A DNA stretch of 64,000 nt, taken from NCBI GenBank assembly GCA_964188305.1, contig OZ076886.1; one strand, given 5' to 3'. The DNA comes from Podarcis bocagei (taxonomy: Eukaryota). The notes under the pieces are model-generated. The model searched no databases, was not told the DNA's origin, and saw nothing but the letters and a program-made list of their open reading frames with translations. The translations under genes were made by a program, and so were the position numbers. The first letter of the stretch is position 1; each line of letters begins with the position of its first letter. Below are positions 27,792 to 41,864 of this stretch, piece after piece.

Positions 27792-30700
27792 GACCTAAAA
27801 CAACCTATTTCACATTTGAAATGGGGAAACAAGGCCTGAAAGGGCCAAGTTGCCCAAACACATTGTTTTCTGACCAAAAGACAAACACGTTGGGCAAGAT
27901 TTTTCTGCCTTTGCCTAAGCTGAACCCTGGTCTGCCAAGCTGACAGTTGCCTCCAGATCTGAGGTTCACCAACATTTTGATTCAAAAAAAGAGGAGGTAG
28001 GGAAACCGCAAGTGGTTAGCTTCGGGAGAAGTCCTCATATAGTATACCTTAAATGAGATCCTCCTTGCAAGCATCCCGTGAGATGCCCCAGCCTAAGTCT
28101 GTCACAGATCATGGCACAGGGAGGAGGCAAGAAGGATGGCAAAATGTCTGCAGTTAACACACAGTGTGTATGCTCCCTTTGGCTTCTGAGGCGGGCCTAG
28201 CAGCTTGGTACTAAGAGAGGATGACAGGGAGATGTGGAGAAAACACCACAAGGAAGGAGGGAAGGAGGGGTCAGGAATGGGGAAATTCCTTGAACCATGA
28301 AATCTGTTCCTATCTCCACCTCAGCAGGAAGAGAGCTGTTGCCATGACAACCTCTAGTCCAGCAGTCTCTGGCCATGAATTTCAGGGTCTGGGGGATGCA
28401 GGGAAAACAGAGAGGAAGACCGAAGAGAGAAATAACTGAAGTACTCAAATACCACGAATGGCAATGTGTGAGTTGAAATACCCACAAGGTACACACCAAA
28501 AAACCCTGGCTCTGCTAATTCCAGCAGAATACAGCAGTATGGTAATGAAAGAGATACAGTTCCCAGCAATCTTCAGTGGGTTCACTGCACACCCAGAACG
28601 GACAACTGCCAAGCCAAGCCGAGAGAACACTGCTAAAAGAAAGGGCCCAGATGCACTCAGAAGTACACAAGTTCCTAGCAAACAGGGAATTGCATCCATG
28701 GGCATTTCAATTTGCAGGCTGAAGTGGAAGTGCAAAGGGGGCAGCTTTAGTCAGCAATGTAGTAAGAGCATCACACCTAGGACTTGTATATGTGCACACA
28801 TTCCTAAAAAACACATATTGAGGGTGGTGAGTTAATTGGCTTTGAGAAATATTTGACGAAGTTGTACAGTATATGGATAGCAAGTCACTTAGCTGTGCAC
28901 AACTCTCAGCTCATTTGTCACTACTGCACCTCCTTCCCTTTTCTTATATGTGCTCACTGCCAAACTGCACATTCAGGGCAGAAAAGTGGGGTAGCCAATC
29001 TGTAGCCAGGCCTAACCCAGACCATACAGGCTGCAGCTTGCACTGTCCTGAAGGGTCTGTACCCACCAATGATATAATCAGCATGCACCAGTCCCTAAAA
29101 GCCAGCCCAGGGCAAGGGTACATAGGCTGCAACCCAATGCACACTTTTAGTGGGACTTGAGCATGATGTTCGTATGTTTACAATCGCCTAATTTTGGATG
29201 AAACCTAGACACAGGTACAGAGATCCGACATCCGTATGGAATTTCCCACACCTCTATTTTTTTCATACCAACTCTGATTTACAATACAATACACCAGAAG
29301 TACTATCTAGGCAGGATGTGAGAGGCGACAGAAGCAGAATTCTATTTCTGACAGAAATTTTCCAGATAGTTTAAGCCTGACACATAGCTTTCAAATAGAT
29401 GCTCGTTACTGAAGCTTGCGTGACTGCCTGCTTGTGTAAACCTTTGCCTGAAGCCAAGCAGAGAATAGGAGACCCAACAATATCAACAAGGGGAAACTAC
29501 AGAGACCAGATTCCCTCCTTCTTACCCTTTCAATCTCTGTGGCAGTCATGAATAGCTGGACATAAGGGAGTAGCTATAACGGGGGGGGGGGGGGAGGGAG
29601 AGACTTAACACAGATTCTTAGGGCTAAATGTTCCTAGGCTTCCTCAAAAGCTTAAATATCACAAGCTTCACAATCTAATCATTAGAACATTCCTAAAAAG
29701 TAATTGTAAGTAACAAGCACATGGCTCCTTCCTGCTGAAAACAAATACACTCAAAACCTTACTGTGATATTCCCAAATGGCACCAAAATCCAAATAAATA
29801 AAAGGTCACTTGTGTATCTGTTAAATCTAACTACTACTATAAATCCCTGGCAACGGAATCATGATTTCTGAGCATTTGTAGGCTGGCAGTGCAGGAAATG
29901 GATTAGAAGTAAACAAAAATTGGTGCTAATACAAACACAGCTTTGGGGCACTTTGTGAAGACGAACCATTTATTTCCGCATCCTATTTGTATCCAGCCGG
30001 GATGCCTTTTTAACCATCCAGTTATGTGTGGTCTTTCAGGCCCAAACCCCTGCTTGCTTTCCTCTGGGTTGTTTTCCTCCCGCCCTTGTACTGCCCAGCA
30101 TAGAACAATTCCTCTCAAGTTGTGCAGTTAAAGGGCCTCAGCAGGCAGCCACAGAACTGCAACAGTCACTCACAGACCCACACCTTTGAAGGCAATAACA
30201 GCTAACCCCTGACCCTCTGCACTTCAGTAAACAGGGTGATGGAGAAAGCAACTAAAAACAAAATCCAAAAAAAATCCAGGGAAGCTGAGGAAGCCTACTC
30301 AGACCCAGAAAACCAATTCACAGCTGTGACTCCTTTTGCTTGCTCAGCTGTTCCTGAATCCCCATAGCTCGTTTTAACAGAGGTTTGTGATGAGGAAGCA
30401 GCAAATAATAAATAGTAGTAATTAGGCCTGAGAAATAATTCACAAAGTCGACAGAAGGGGACCACTTTAGCTGCAGACAGAAATGACACCTTTCCCGGTT
30501 TGGTGAGGAGGAAGAGGGCGCTGCCCAATTGTTTATTTATACACATTAATTAATTCTAAAATACGCAGCTCTAAATTTGCCGACATTCAGAAGACAAATA
30601 TTTTTAAAAACCTACAAGCCAGGACAGAATGCAATAAAGGCATACATAAAAATGTAGAAGTAATACCTAATTGTTCTGCATAGTTGAATGCAGGGTCACA

Positions 30701-32661
30701 TCTTATTGTGAAATATGCAGTCTAAGAGAAGCACAGGGCGGAGCAAGAGGGGGGAATGCGCCCCAGGATAAGAACGAATTAATCTCAAGGGATGATATTC
30801 AGCCCATGTGCTCCACAGAGTTCTGAAAATTTAGCCACGCGCAGACACTAAGTAATAACAGAGCTAATACGCTTTTGAATGTGACATCCCCATCATTATT
30901 CCATGGCCCTTTCGCCTTGGTCACATGACCTCTGCCCTGCAAGGCCTGTGCATTACGTCTTAATTTCTTCAGCTCTTAGAATGTATAGCTTGGTGGTAGA
31001 AAAGGGGGTTATAAAAAATTTCTACTTCCAGGAGGGCTGGAGCATAACCAATGAAGGTATTTAAGCTCTGGCAGCACCTCTCAGCCAATGCAATCTTTGT
31101 TCCACACTGCTCTCCCCACTCCAATTTGCAGCTTCCTCAACCTCATCTGCTGCTGAATATGCAAGAGCATAAATGTTTATGGTGTTTACTCTTCTCTGCT
31201 TTGTCTCAACAAACTCTCTGGGAAGCGACAAATACAGCTGCATTCCCGGGCTGCGGAAGAGTGCCTGCCACCCGCCTGCCATGCTACACCGACACCACCT
31301 CAATAAATAATTATGCCAGCAATTAGCTTGTTAGCAGCAAAATGACTCGTTAGGGATGCACAGGCAGGTGCCACACCAATAAGAGGCCAGATCCAATCGG
31401 ACTATTTGGTGGGAAGAAAACAGACTTGGGGCGGTTTCTGAGAGCAGAAGGGCATGCATGGGCTGCAATACGAAATTCTCATACTGGTCTATCAGAGCCA
31501 GCCACATCATGTAGGGCAGATAATTCCTTCCTGACAATAGTACACTTCTGAAGCACAAGGTCACTTACATCCACACTGCTTGCCGAAGCAGACATCCAGC
31601 TCTCAGGTTAACAAGAGCCTTCATTCTCCTGCCAATAATGAAGGGAAATTGGCATGGTTCACAGCAGGCCCAACCTCACAACTACCTAAATCACATTCTC
31701 CAGCTGTACCTGTTTTTTCACTATATAGGCACAGAGAGCCTGTGCACACTGAATCTGCCATTAATAGCGGGGCTTAGCTTCCAGTTGTTATTGGCTGGCA
31801 GAATACTGTTTTTCTCTGGGCATTTGCTTGCCTTTTGGCCAGACTCGGCCGAAGGACGCAAGAGTTCACACAGAGAGCGAGAAAGCACTTTGCCAGGGTG
31901 AAACGTAGATGTCTTCTTGATTCATTACTTTACTTCAAGCCCACTTATGAGGGCAATGAAGGAGTGGACAGGAAAGACAATATTCATTCGTTTAGCTTTA
32001 TTAAGTGGCTAGTAATTCAGCTGTCCCTTAGGGCCATTCATTTCCGGGCTTCCTGACATCTTCAACAGAAAAGAGAACTCTATGAACACCCTTGTTTCAT
32101 TTCACTATAAATGTTATGCTGGGACTTAATTGTGAAGGGCTGACAGGAAATTATCTTATAGCGAAGTGTAAGGACCTTAGTCCTCAACTTAAATATTTCT
32201 TAGAGGCTGTGATTGAAATCCAAGTCTTTAATATACCAGAAGCAAAATAAAATGATTTCAAAGGGAATCAGTTAAGGAGTAAATTACTTTTACCGCAACT
32301 CCACAACACAGTGTTCATTGCAGACTGCACATCTGGTAAGCTACCAGGCCCAATTCAAGGTGTTGACTTCAGTCTACAAAATTCCTAAAAAGTCTGGGGT
32401 CTGGGTACTTGACTGAATGCCTTTCCCGAGGCCTGCCACCCTGAGACTTAAGATCTTCCAGAGTGTCCCTTGAGGCAGGCAAGATGGTGGCATGAGACAG
32501 GGCATTCTCAGCGGCAGTGCACTGTTTATGGCATTTGTTTTCACTTGAGATACGACCATCCTCCACATTAGGTATATTCAGTGTTAGAAACTCAGATACA
32601 TAAGCTAGGTGCCAAATGACACCTTAAACTTAAGCCACCACAACAGCATGTCTGTTCGCCA

Positions 32662-32713
32662 GAAGGTTGGACTAAATGACCCTTCCAACGCTACAATTCT
32701 ACAATTCTGTGAT
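32662..32713 (+). mobile_element. Short CR1 3' terminus
   Basis: ggttggactaaatgacccttccaac...attctacaattctgtgat. Confidence 0.65.
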
Positions 32714-32861
32714 CTCAGCTACATTGTTTGACTGTAGCTTGCTCTTAAAACAACTCACTTGTCCTGGTATGCAAGAAGGAGAAACACACTTAGGGGACAT
32801 GGAAATGGAATTAACTATGGATTAAGACAGAGGTTTTTAAACTGTGGTCGCCAACTTGGCA

Positions 32862-33187
32862 CCCAGAAATCTCCATCGTTCAGTTTGGACACTGAGGTCC
32901 AGCTCCGAGGGCCTTCTAGTGGTTCCCTTGCTGCGAGAAGTGAAGTTACAGGAAACCAGGCAGGGGGCCTTCTCGGTAGAAATGCCCTCCCTGTGGAATG
33001 TTCTCCCATCAGATGTCAAGGGGATAAAGAACTATCTGACTTTTAGGAGACATCTGAAGGTTTCAATGTTTGATGTTTGATTTAATGTTTGATGTTTTAT
33101 TCTGTTTTTATATCTGCTGGAAGCTGCCCAGAGTGGCTAGGGCAACCCAGTCAGATGGGTGGGGTACTGTTGTTGTTGTTGTTGTTG
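32862..33187 (+). mobile_element. L2-clade LINE 3' end (same subfamily as 3449)
   Basis: LRSSSEGLLVVP...QGAFSVEMPSLWNVLPSDVK...FRRHLK, the same 3' stem motif and a (GTT)n tail. Confidence 0.85.
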
Positions 33188-36100
33188 ACCAGGATTCACA
33201 GTGGAACAGGAAGAAGATAGCAAGAACCACAAGGCAACTCAGAGTGTTCAGCAGAGCATCTCAGCCTGGGTCACATTTTCAGTCTGATAGATTCCTGATT
33301 CCAAGCCAGTGAATGAAAGAAACAAACAAACAAGATGGAATGAGTTCTCCAGCCAATGTGTTCAGTTCCTCAGCATTGGGGGAAGAAGTACAAACATCTC
33401 CTGAATTCCCAGCCAAGCCTGGCAGCCTCTCCTCCTGGATCCAAGGCAGCTCTGAGCAGTTCAAGATTACCTCCAAGCACCAACGCATTAGGCATCCTAG
33501 AAGCTATAACAAGGCCACTGGCGAATGACTATGGACTGGTTCACACAATTCACTTTCTCTTGCGCAAGAAGTCCTGGTCCCTCTCAGACATGTCCTTGTG
33601 TGGACAAACGTAATGTGTGAATCTAGCCAGCACATATCTGGCCAGCAGCACATACTGTGATTGCAACAGCGCTTTTTCCAGCTGTTGCTATTAGTGATGG
33701 GTGAACTCCTCTCAGCTCGATGCAGAATTGGGTCAGCAATTACAAGCGTCATTGGAGAACACTAGAAAAAAAATCATGGTTGGCGTGTTTTTTAAGAGTT
33801 CTAAATTGATTCATAATGCTGGCTGCACCATATCATACTGCCTTATCATTTTCAATTGTCCCTCGTTTATTTTTTTGTCCAAGACACAGAGACTAATGAC
33901 AGCTATGCAAACACCCCTTGAGGGTGATTTCTAAGGCTCCAGGAAACTGCAGCGAAGCCCTAGGAGGTTCCAGAGCCTTGAGGGAAAAGGGTGCTGTGCA
34001 ATCCCTGAACATGTCTTTATTTGGTGCCGGATCTTTGGAGAGAAAGTTTTTTGGGGGTTGCTCCTACAGTTCCTTGAAGCCTTAAAAAAATATTCATCAC
34101 AAGTGCTTGCTTAGCTCTGTATGAGCTGAGATTAGTGTCCAGGGCTTGGACTCAAAACAAGAGCACATTCTGTACACATGCAAAGTCATGTTATACATTT
34201 TGGACTGGAGAAGAGATTCTCAAGGAAATGGCGTTCGAGTTGTAATAAGTGCAAGCATTATGGGGGAAATTCACATTCCAAAGCAGGTAATTGCAAAGCT
34301 GGGTAACATCACTAGCTGCAATCAAGGGATTTGCTGCAGCCTGTATCGACAACTGCCAAGCTCACACACTGCTTTGTCCATGTAAAATGTGTGCCTGAGG
34401 AGTGTGAAGAAGGGGAAGGAGAAGAAATAATATTCTGTGAACCACCAGCTCTGATACATAAAATGACACTAGACTGTGCCCAAGCCCCAGGAATGTGAGT
34501 AACTCTTTGCAACAGAACAGGCCATGAATCCAAAAGCCCTGTTGTCTTGCCCACATTCTCACCCTTGCTTGCTCAGTCATGCTGAATCAATTGCCATCAA
34601 TAAAAAACAAGCCTTCCTTTGGGAGGAAAGCCTGTAGAGCTGATGAAAAAGGATCTTTATAAAGCCATATGACAGGGCTCAAAGCAAGTGGATGAAGTTC
34701 ATTTTCAGTCCTTCCTCCCCTCTCCCGCTCCTCACTTTTCTGACTGTCATGAGATTAAAGGCCTTTCCATGCAATCAGTATCTGCAGCATAAATGGACAT
34801 ATTTGTTTCTCATTTGCTTAGCAGAGGAAACGTTCTTTATTGCAAGGATATTGCATTTTTGCTGAGCACATAAAAATGCAATATTTTATATATGGGAACA
34901 TGAGATTCCCACACTTCCAAATACTATCTTCATTACTGCTGTGGTTGCAGAAGCTTCGCGGACATCTACTATATAATATGCTATTTAAAAGCCTGGATAG
35001 TCCTGCCCTTGATCTCACCCCAGTAATACAATGCAATTCTAATGAGCAGAAGACTGGGGCAGTGGCCCAGGTCAAATTCAGTGGAAACCACCAACGAATG
35101 AGTCACTGATCAGCAGTATTTCCCTCCCAAGCAACAACTCTGCAGAGCTTATAAAATACTAATAGCACAAGCAGCATTGGGAATAGCTCTTTGCCTCTGG
35201 ACCAAATCTCTCAAATAATCCCCACCCCTTGCGAAAGCTGTGCATGCACGCATACGGTGTGCTTTTTGAGAAGGTTTGAGATCTCCAAACATGGAGTGAA
35301 CCAGTGGTTTTGTGTCAAGATTGTGCAGGATCGCCAACCACACAACACTTCTACCTGCTCTGCCTTTTGGAAGGTAGGGGGAATGGAGACGATTCCTTTG
35401 GTTCAGGTGGTCCCAAGACTACAGCCACATGCTCAGAAGCGTCCTCTTCCTTTCCATGGTCAAGCAATTCAATGAGGAGGAGCAGGACTTCCTGCATAAA
35501 TCAGACAGGGAACCAGAATCTGTCGGGAAATAAGGTCTTTCAGGCTTTCCTGTTTCTAGCAAAGTTTGAACCAAGGGACTGGCAAGAACTCTTTGCGGAG
35601 GGGGAATTCCTGGCAGCCACCTACCCTTGGTGAAAGTCAAGGACTTTCTGGAACAGCGAAATCTCCCCAACACCAGAATGTGAGTGGCGAAAAACAGCTG
35701 TCTTCTTTCCTGCTCACATGATGCCCTTAACTGTCTCTTGCCTTCATACATTCACAGTCACATTCCTTGTTTTGCATTCTTTGTTTCTGCCTCCCGCTTA
35801 CTTTGCTCAGGGCAGACCTCAGGGGAATGGCAGCTGATCTGAGCTACACTTGGCTCCCCAAACCTGCACTGCAAGCCAAGAAAGATGGAGAGAATGAGGG
35901 GAGGGGAAACAAGAGCGCAGAGAAAGCCTCCTCCCTCCCCTGAGTCAGCAGTTATGTGACCCAGCAGGCAGCAGTGTAACGATTTCATCATTTTCCACCA
36001 AAATTGAATTAGTTTGAAGCCAAAATCAGATTTGTGAGCCCAGCACTCTTGACAGCAAACCCTTTACTTTGTCAGGCAGCTGTTAGCTGTTTCCCTCAGA

Positions 36101-36502
36101 ACTCGGAAAAGGAGAAGGAGGGGCTGCCTGGGACAATTACAAATGGATGCCTGTGCACAGACTACTCCAGGTGGGTGCAGCTGAACCACCTGCTCCTAGA
36201 ACGCAGCCCCATGCCCCTGCCGCACCTGTAATTTATAAGAGGACGGAGAAGGAGAGAGAGTAAGTAACTCAATTTCACACTCCTCCTTCTGCTGGACATC
36301 TAAACAAGGCAGAGACCCTCATCAAGCTGCTGGTTCCTGCCGCAAGCCCTTGAACCCAGCTCCGAAAGTCGTGCCTTGAAATGCACCTGCCTCTGAATGC
36401 AGAAGCATGAACACTCATAAGAGAGAGGAGAAGTGGCAATGCCGCAGTCCACAGCAAAGGCTGGGGAGCTTCTAGGATTGTGGCAGCAGAGGTGCCATAG
36501 AG

Positions 36503-36741
36503 CAGGGGTGTCAAACTCAAATTCATCAGGGGCCGCATCAGAACGGCCGGCGCCGCTAGAGGGCAGACGTTCTCTGGCTTGTAGGCTGCCACGCATGCGC
36601 TGAAGAGGCAGCTTTCTTGTGTAAAAAAAAAAAGTGCAAGAATAAAAGGTGAAGGCTGGCGGCCGGCAGCGGCTACACGGGCCACATGACGAGGTCTGGC
36701 GGGCCGGATTCGGCCCGCGGGCCTTGTGTTTGACACCCGTG
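36503..36741. mobile_element. hAT MITE, 239 bp
   Basis: TIRs CAGGGGTGTCAAAC / GTTTGACACCCGTG with 8-bp TSD CCATAGAG. Retained CpGs suggest a young insertion. Confidence 0.92.
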
Positions 36742-37409
36742 CCATAGAGAGAGAGTGGGGGAAGAAGGTTACTGCTCCCCCTCCCTCCCGCTCTCCCTGG
36801 ATTTCAGATTAAATTATCCCTAGGTGCAAGGAAACCACAACAAATGCTATTAAGATACGCTGCTTCTCTGAGGCTTAATCTTGAAAACGTCCAAGCCTTA
36901 TAATTTTGCTGGGTTTCTCTCTTTCCAATACCCCCCAGCCCGAAGACTGGAATACTCCTTCCCTCCTCCTTCCACTTTTACTCTAAAACCATATCCCTGT
37001 TATTATTCGCTATTATTATTCACACGCACCTAAAACACCTAGGCACTTTGGAAATTTATTTTTAGAAGCCACACTGCTTGCAAGTTTTCATTATAGCACA
37101 TATAACACAGAAAAAAGAAAAGGGGGGGGATAAAATAGCGGAGGAGACCAATCATAAGATCTGTACTTAGAGCCAAAATGCATTTGTTTCAGCATCCTTA
37201 AGGGCTTTTAAATTCCACAGACTACAAAGCAGCAAAAGCATTACCGTCAGCAGCTTCAACTGCTGAAAGGAACCACAATCAGAAGTTAGTTTCTGTTTGG
37301 GAACCACTCATTAGGTTTTCCCTCCTGACATGTGCACACGTCCCTCAACACCTATGTACGAAGCTCTTATTTACCATCCGTAAGGCACCAGGGGGCTCAA
37401 ACAAGAAAC

Positions 37410-37550
37410 TGTAGCAGCAAGGCTTCCTTGGAGGTTTTTAAAGAGAGGTTGGGTGGCCATCTGTCATGGATGCTTTGACTGAGATTTCTGCATTTCAGGG
37501 GGTTGGACTAGATGACCCTTGGGGCCCCTTCCAGCTCTAAGATTCTACGA
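37410..37550 (+). mobile_element. CR1 LINE 3' end
   Basis: ccttggaggtttttaaagagaggttggg...ggggttggactagatgacc...ttccagctctaagattcta. Confidence 0.82.
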
Positions 37551-38339
37551 AGCACAGGAGACTTACTTCCTGCACTAGAACAAGGGCAGCTCTCAAGCTA
37601 AGAGAGCTATTGGTCTGATATTTGCTGTGTACTGCAGTGCCATACAGATAAATGGCCAAACAGGGGTACTGCAGCTCATCAGTGCAGCCAGACCAGGTGA
37701 TCTGTGGAGCCAATAGTGGCAAACATGGGAAGCTGTCCTAAACCAAAACAGTGCATTGAACTGCACAGGACCATCTACACAGACTTGTAGAGGTTCTTCA
37801 GGGTTTCAGACCGGAGTCTTTCACAGCTCTACCTTGAGATGCTTTGGAGTCGAAACTAGAAGCTTCTGGATGCAAACTATGAGCTCAGCCATTGAGCTAC
37901 GATCCTTTCCCTACCTAAAGCCTGGGTGGCTTTACAGAAACTGAGGAACCAAGCCTGCAGTAACAATCTAAGCAAAACAGACTCACTTCCTGCTGCCCTT
38001 TGGAATGCTACGGTCTGCCCAACCTCAGTGGCATACTTGATTCTGTCCCCTATGATCTCTGTCTGTTGCTTCAGACTTTGATTTCAGCCAGAATTGGACT
38101 CACATCTGACCACTTTCAGCCCTGGTCCTACAGGACCCTGACACCATGCCAGAGGGTTTCCACTCATCCTTTGGGGAATCTGTCCTAAAAAGAGAAGGAG
38201 GAAGGGAAGAAGAAGAGGTGTCCAAACCATGGCCAAGGATGGTTCCTGTCTAATTTGTCAAAACAGACCTCCAATGCCTCTCTCCCTTTGTCTCCATTAC
38301 TCCACAGCAGCTGTAAATCATTATTTATCATATTGTGAG

Positions 38340-38500
38340 GTGGAACAGAGCCATGGAGATGTGGATTCAAATTCCTCACTCAGCTATGAAACTCACTGGC
38401 TGAACTTGGACCACATGCTATCTCTCAGCTACAACTGCCACGCAACTATGTTATGAGGACCAGAGGGGGCGAGGTTCTATGTATACTACACTGAGCCTTA
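38340..38500 (+). mobile_element. Diverged copy of the same MIR-like SINE
   Basis: ggattcaaattcctcactcagctatgaaactcactggctgaacttgg aligns by eye to about 9633-9680. Confidence 0.55.
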
Positions 38501-39061
38501 CAATGGAGTGTATTTCTCATGAACATGGGTTCATTGGCATAAGGAAGCACAGCACAAGCTCTTATTTCATGCTTTGTATCTCTGATCTCAGCTGTTCCTA
38601 TCAGAGCTGCTACCAGAATCACAACCGCCTACAATACCATACCAATTCTGCCCTAGATACCCACTTATGAGCCCAGTGTACTACCACTCCATCCATTGGC
38701 TGCCAATGTAATCCCCACAACCAGAATTCTGTGGCTGTCAGGAATCATGGGAGATGTAATTCCTATTGACTTTAAATACATGCAGCAGCATCTAGGAATA
38801 CATGAGCCACAGGAATTACACATCCCATGGTTTATGGTTCCCAATACCATACATGCACCTATAGGAACATAAGATCTAAAATCAGATATGTTTATCGGCC
38901 CTGCTGATGTATTATGTTTTATGGCTTTGTATGGTTTTGATTTAATTACAATGAGAGCCTGCTGATTGGAGAACAGAGAAAGAAGTTTCTAAAATAAAAT
39001 TTTAAATCCTGAGGTCCACTACCATTGACACATGGAGCTAGTGTTTAGGGAGGCTCCAAAC

Positions 39062-39064
<3 letters not shown>

Positions 39065-39096
<32 letters not shown>
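39065..39096. repeat. (CA)n microsatellite
   Basis: Direct reading. Confidence 0.95.
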
Positions 39097-39097
<1 letters not shown>

Positions 39098-40685
39098 CCA
39101 CTCAACATTGTGCTTCTTGTAAAGCCATTAGAAATGCATTTGGAGTGGGCCAGGTCTTTAGCTGAATTCATTTACAAAATTTAATTTAAGCAGACCATTA
39201 CAATTTGGAGAAGGGTCAGTAGGCTAAATGGATCCATTAAGAATCAGCCCAAAGTCCAAAGTACACTTGACTATATGGGTCTGGGGAGTGGACCTACGGC
39301 ATCTGATGTCCAAGCTCAGATTCTGCCACAATCACTATGTATATCTCCTTGCGTTTAGCTGAGAGTTTTAAGTGACGTAACTATGCCAATTTTCTACAAC
39401 TTGTGATATGTCCTAGAAATCTTAAAGTTGCCCATTCCACTCCCATTTTGAAAGATCTTTTACACATTACTCTCCTATCCTCACTGCAATAGCCTCCCAG
39501 TTATATCTGATATTGTCTGAAAAGGAACCCAGCTATGGCTCATAAAACAAAGCAGGCTTCTTACCCTGCCTTGCCAAAGACTTAACACAATGGAACAGGG
39601 CAATAAAGCTCCTCTGTTTGCCATAGCAACAGCCTATGGGAAATGCTTCCCTCAGGATAGGCAGGCAACTTTCCCTCTGTTGAGAAAGAACATATCCAGA
39701 CTCATAACTCTGGCTCGCTCCCATATCCCCCAGGGCAAGAGTTCACTTCTAATTGGCCTCAAAACCTGACACTCCAGTTGTGTTTCATATACACCTATGA
39801 ATTTGGAGAGTCCTCTCAATGCCAGTACAAAGCTGCTATCTGTACAGCTGTCCTGTTCTCACACTCTCCCTAAACTACAGAATCAGAGGATCCCAAGGTA
39901 AGGATTTTGAGTATCCCGATTTGGAATCAGATGGAGGATAAAAGAAGAAAACAAGAGTCCCAGGTAGAGTCGGAACATCATCCTGGCTGGCTAATATTCC
40001 TGCCGTATCATTATGTAGTGCTGAGAGGGCACCATGTTGCAACTTGAATAACACTTCACATCATCTGCAATTGTCACCACATCAGTATATCTAACAGTTA
40101 CTTGGGTCTGTATTTCCAGCAGGACATATCTCCTGTACATGGACACCTGCTTTTTTCCTAATTCATTCCAGTACTTGTCATGATGGTAACAGTGGAAAGT
40201 AAACTCAGGTTAGAATAAATGGAACATCAGCATGTCTGTTAGATGGTTAGTGCTCCTACTTATTGCCTTTCTTCTCAATTCAATCCTTCCGAAAAACTGT
40301 CTTGGCAAGAATTTCTGTGCAAAGAATCTCTAAAACACATTCCAAAATCAATGCAGTCCCCATTCCTCCAGCATAACAAACTTTATTTGGATAACTGAAG
40401 ATTGGGAGAAGTCATTCCAGAGGCCGGAACTTCTCAACACCCAATAATTATCCTCATAATATCCTTAGGATCTGCACTGGGGCTTAAAACTCCAAACACC
40501 AAAATACTGTAGCTGAGAAGAGAATTGTCACATGCTAATTGAAACAAATCCCAGATCTTTAAGCAACATCTACAGCTGCGCACTCAAGGACAGCACAGGT
40601 ATCTCAGCTGATGCTTTGGATTTATCAGAGCAGAAAGGAAAAGGAGAAATGACAAAGTAGAAGAAGGAGGAGGAGGAGGACTTAC

Positions 40686-41864
40686 TGAGTTTATGCATCC
40701 CAACTCCTTGTTCAAAAGCCAAGGCAGAGAAAGCTTCCCCTCCCCACGATAGCAAGACTGGATGCGCTCCTTGATCTTGTCTTTGATCTTCTTCAGTGTG
40801 AAGAGGCAAAGGACAGATTCCTTTGGTGGCTTCACCCTGTTCTTCTGGCCCTGAGAGAAGATGGTGAAGAGGATATCCTCCTGCTCTGAGATGCCCAACT
40901 GCTTGGCCAGTGCCTTTCCGGGCTTACTTAGGTAAGCGTCCTGAATCAGGCGATATTCAATGCCATCACGAATACAACCAATGGGGAATTCCACATATGA
41001 GTAGAACTTGGGATCATCTACACACAGCCGAACAACCTTGGAGGTGAAAAATTGCTCCCCGGTGGAGTCAGGCGAGGTAAGCTGGGTGTCTAGTTGCAAG
41101 GTCAGGTAATAGACAAACTGCTCACTGCTGAAGCTATAGATGTAGTAGATATCAAATGTGGGGAACTTGGACAGTGTATCTGATGGAATCTTGAGCTGGG
41201 ATGAGACAAACTCATCCTGATAAACAAAGCCAAACATCTCTGCATTCTCTTCACTGGCCATCAGTTTACGGCTGGACAGGGTAGGGAAGTACTCAGACTT
41301 GCCATCAATGGGTGTTCCAATGAAGAGCTTGTTTTGCCCATTCGGGACTTCAATGATAACACCTGACATAGTTCCTGACTCATTGACACTGGAGAGGTAG
41401 TGCTCCTTGCGATGATGGGGCTCACCCAACTTGAAAAGGTCGTCCAAGCGCAGAAACTGGCAAATGCCCTGAGAAGCACTGCCACAGGCTATCAGTCGAT
41501 TCCCAGAATAATCCACCAGCAGCAACTTGTTGACATTGTTGGTGCTGACTAGCCCATGTGGACAAGACTGCACACTAGGCGGTGGGTAGCACTTCTCATT
41601 GTCATCCACGGGCCCTGTGACATGAGTGCGCATCAGTGTCAGATCGTCTGCAAGCTTATAGATCCGGTTGACAGCACCCACATATACCTCCCCAGTTTTG
41701 TTGTGGACTACCAGGTGTGTCAAACTCCAGTCAGTGACCTGGAAAGTCCTAAAGGGAGAGTTGGACTTGGGAGTGCCTTCTTCCAATGGCAGCCAAGCAC
41801 TCCCCAGAAGCAGCAAGGTCCAGATATTGACCGACAAATGGTGCTTTAGTCTCAGGAGCCACAT
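40686..41864 (-). CDS. PLXNA1: Plexin-A1, first coding exon (signal peptide + N-terminal Sema domain, 393 codons)
   Basis: ORF 40584-41864 encodes [71 protein letters not shown] and [12 protein letters not shown], which are plexin-A1-type motifs. Start context is GCCATGT and the N-terminus is hydrophobic. Similarity stops at a phase-0 donor TCA|GTAAG at 40686/40685. Confidence 0.96.
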
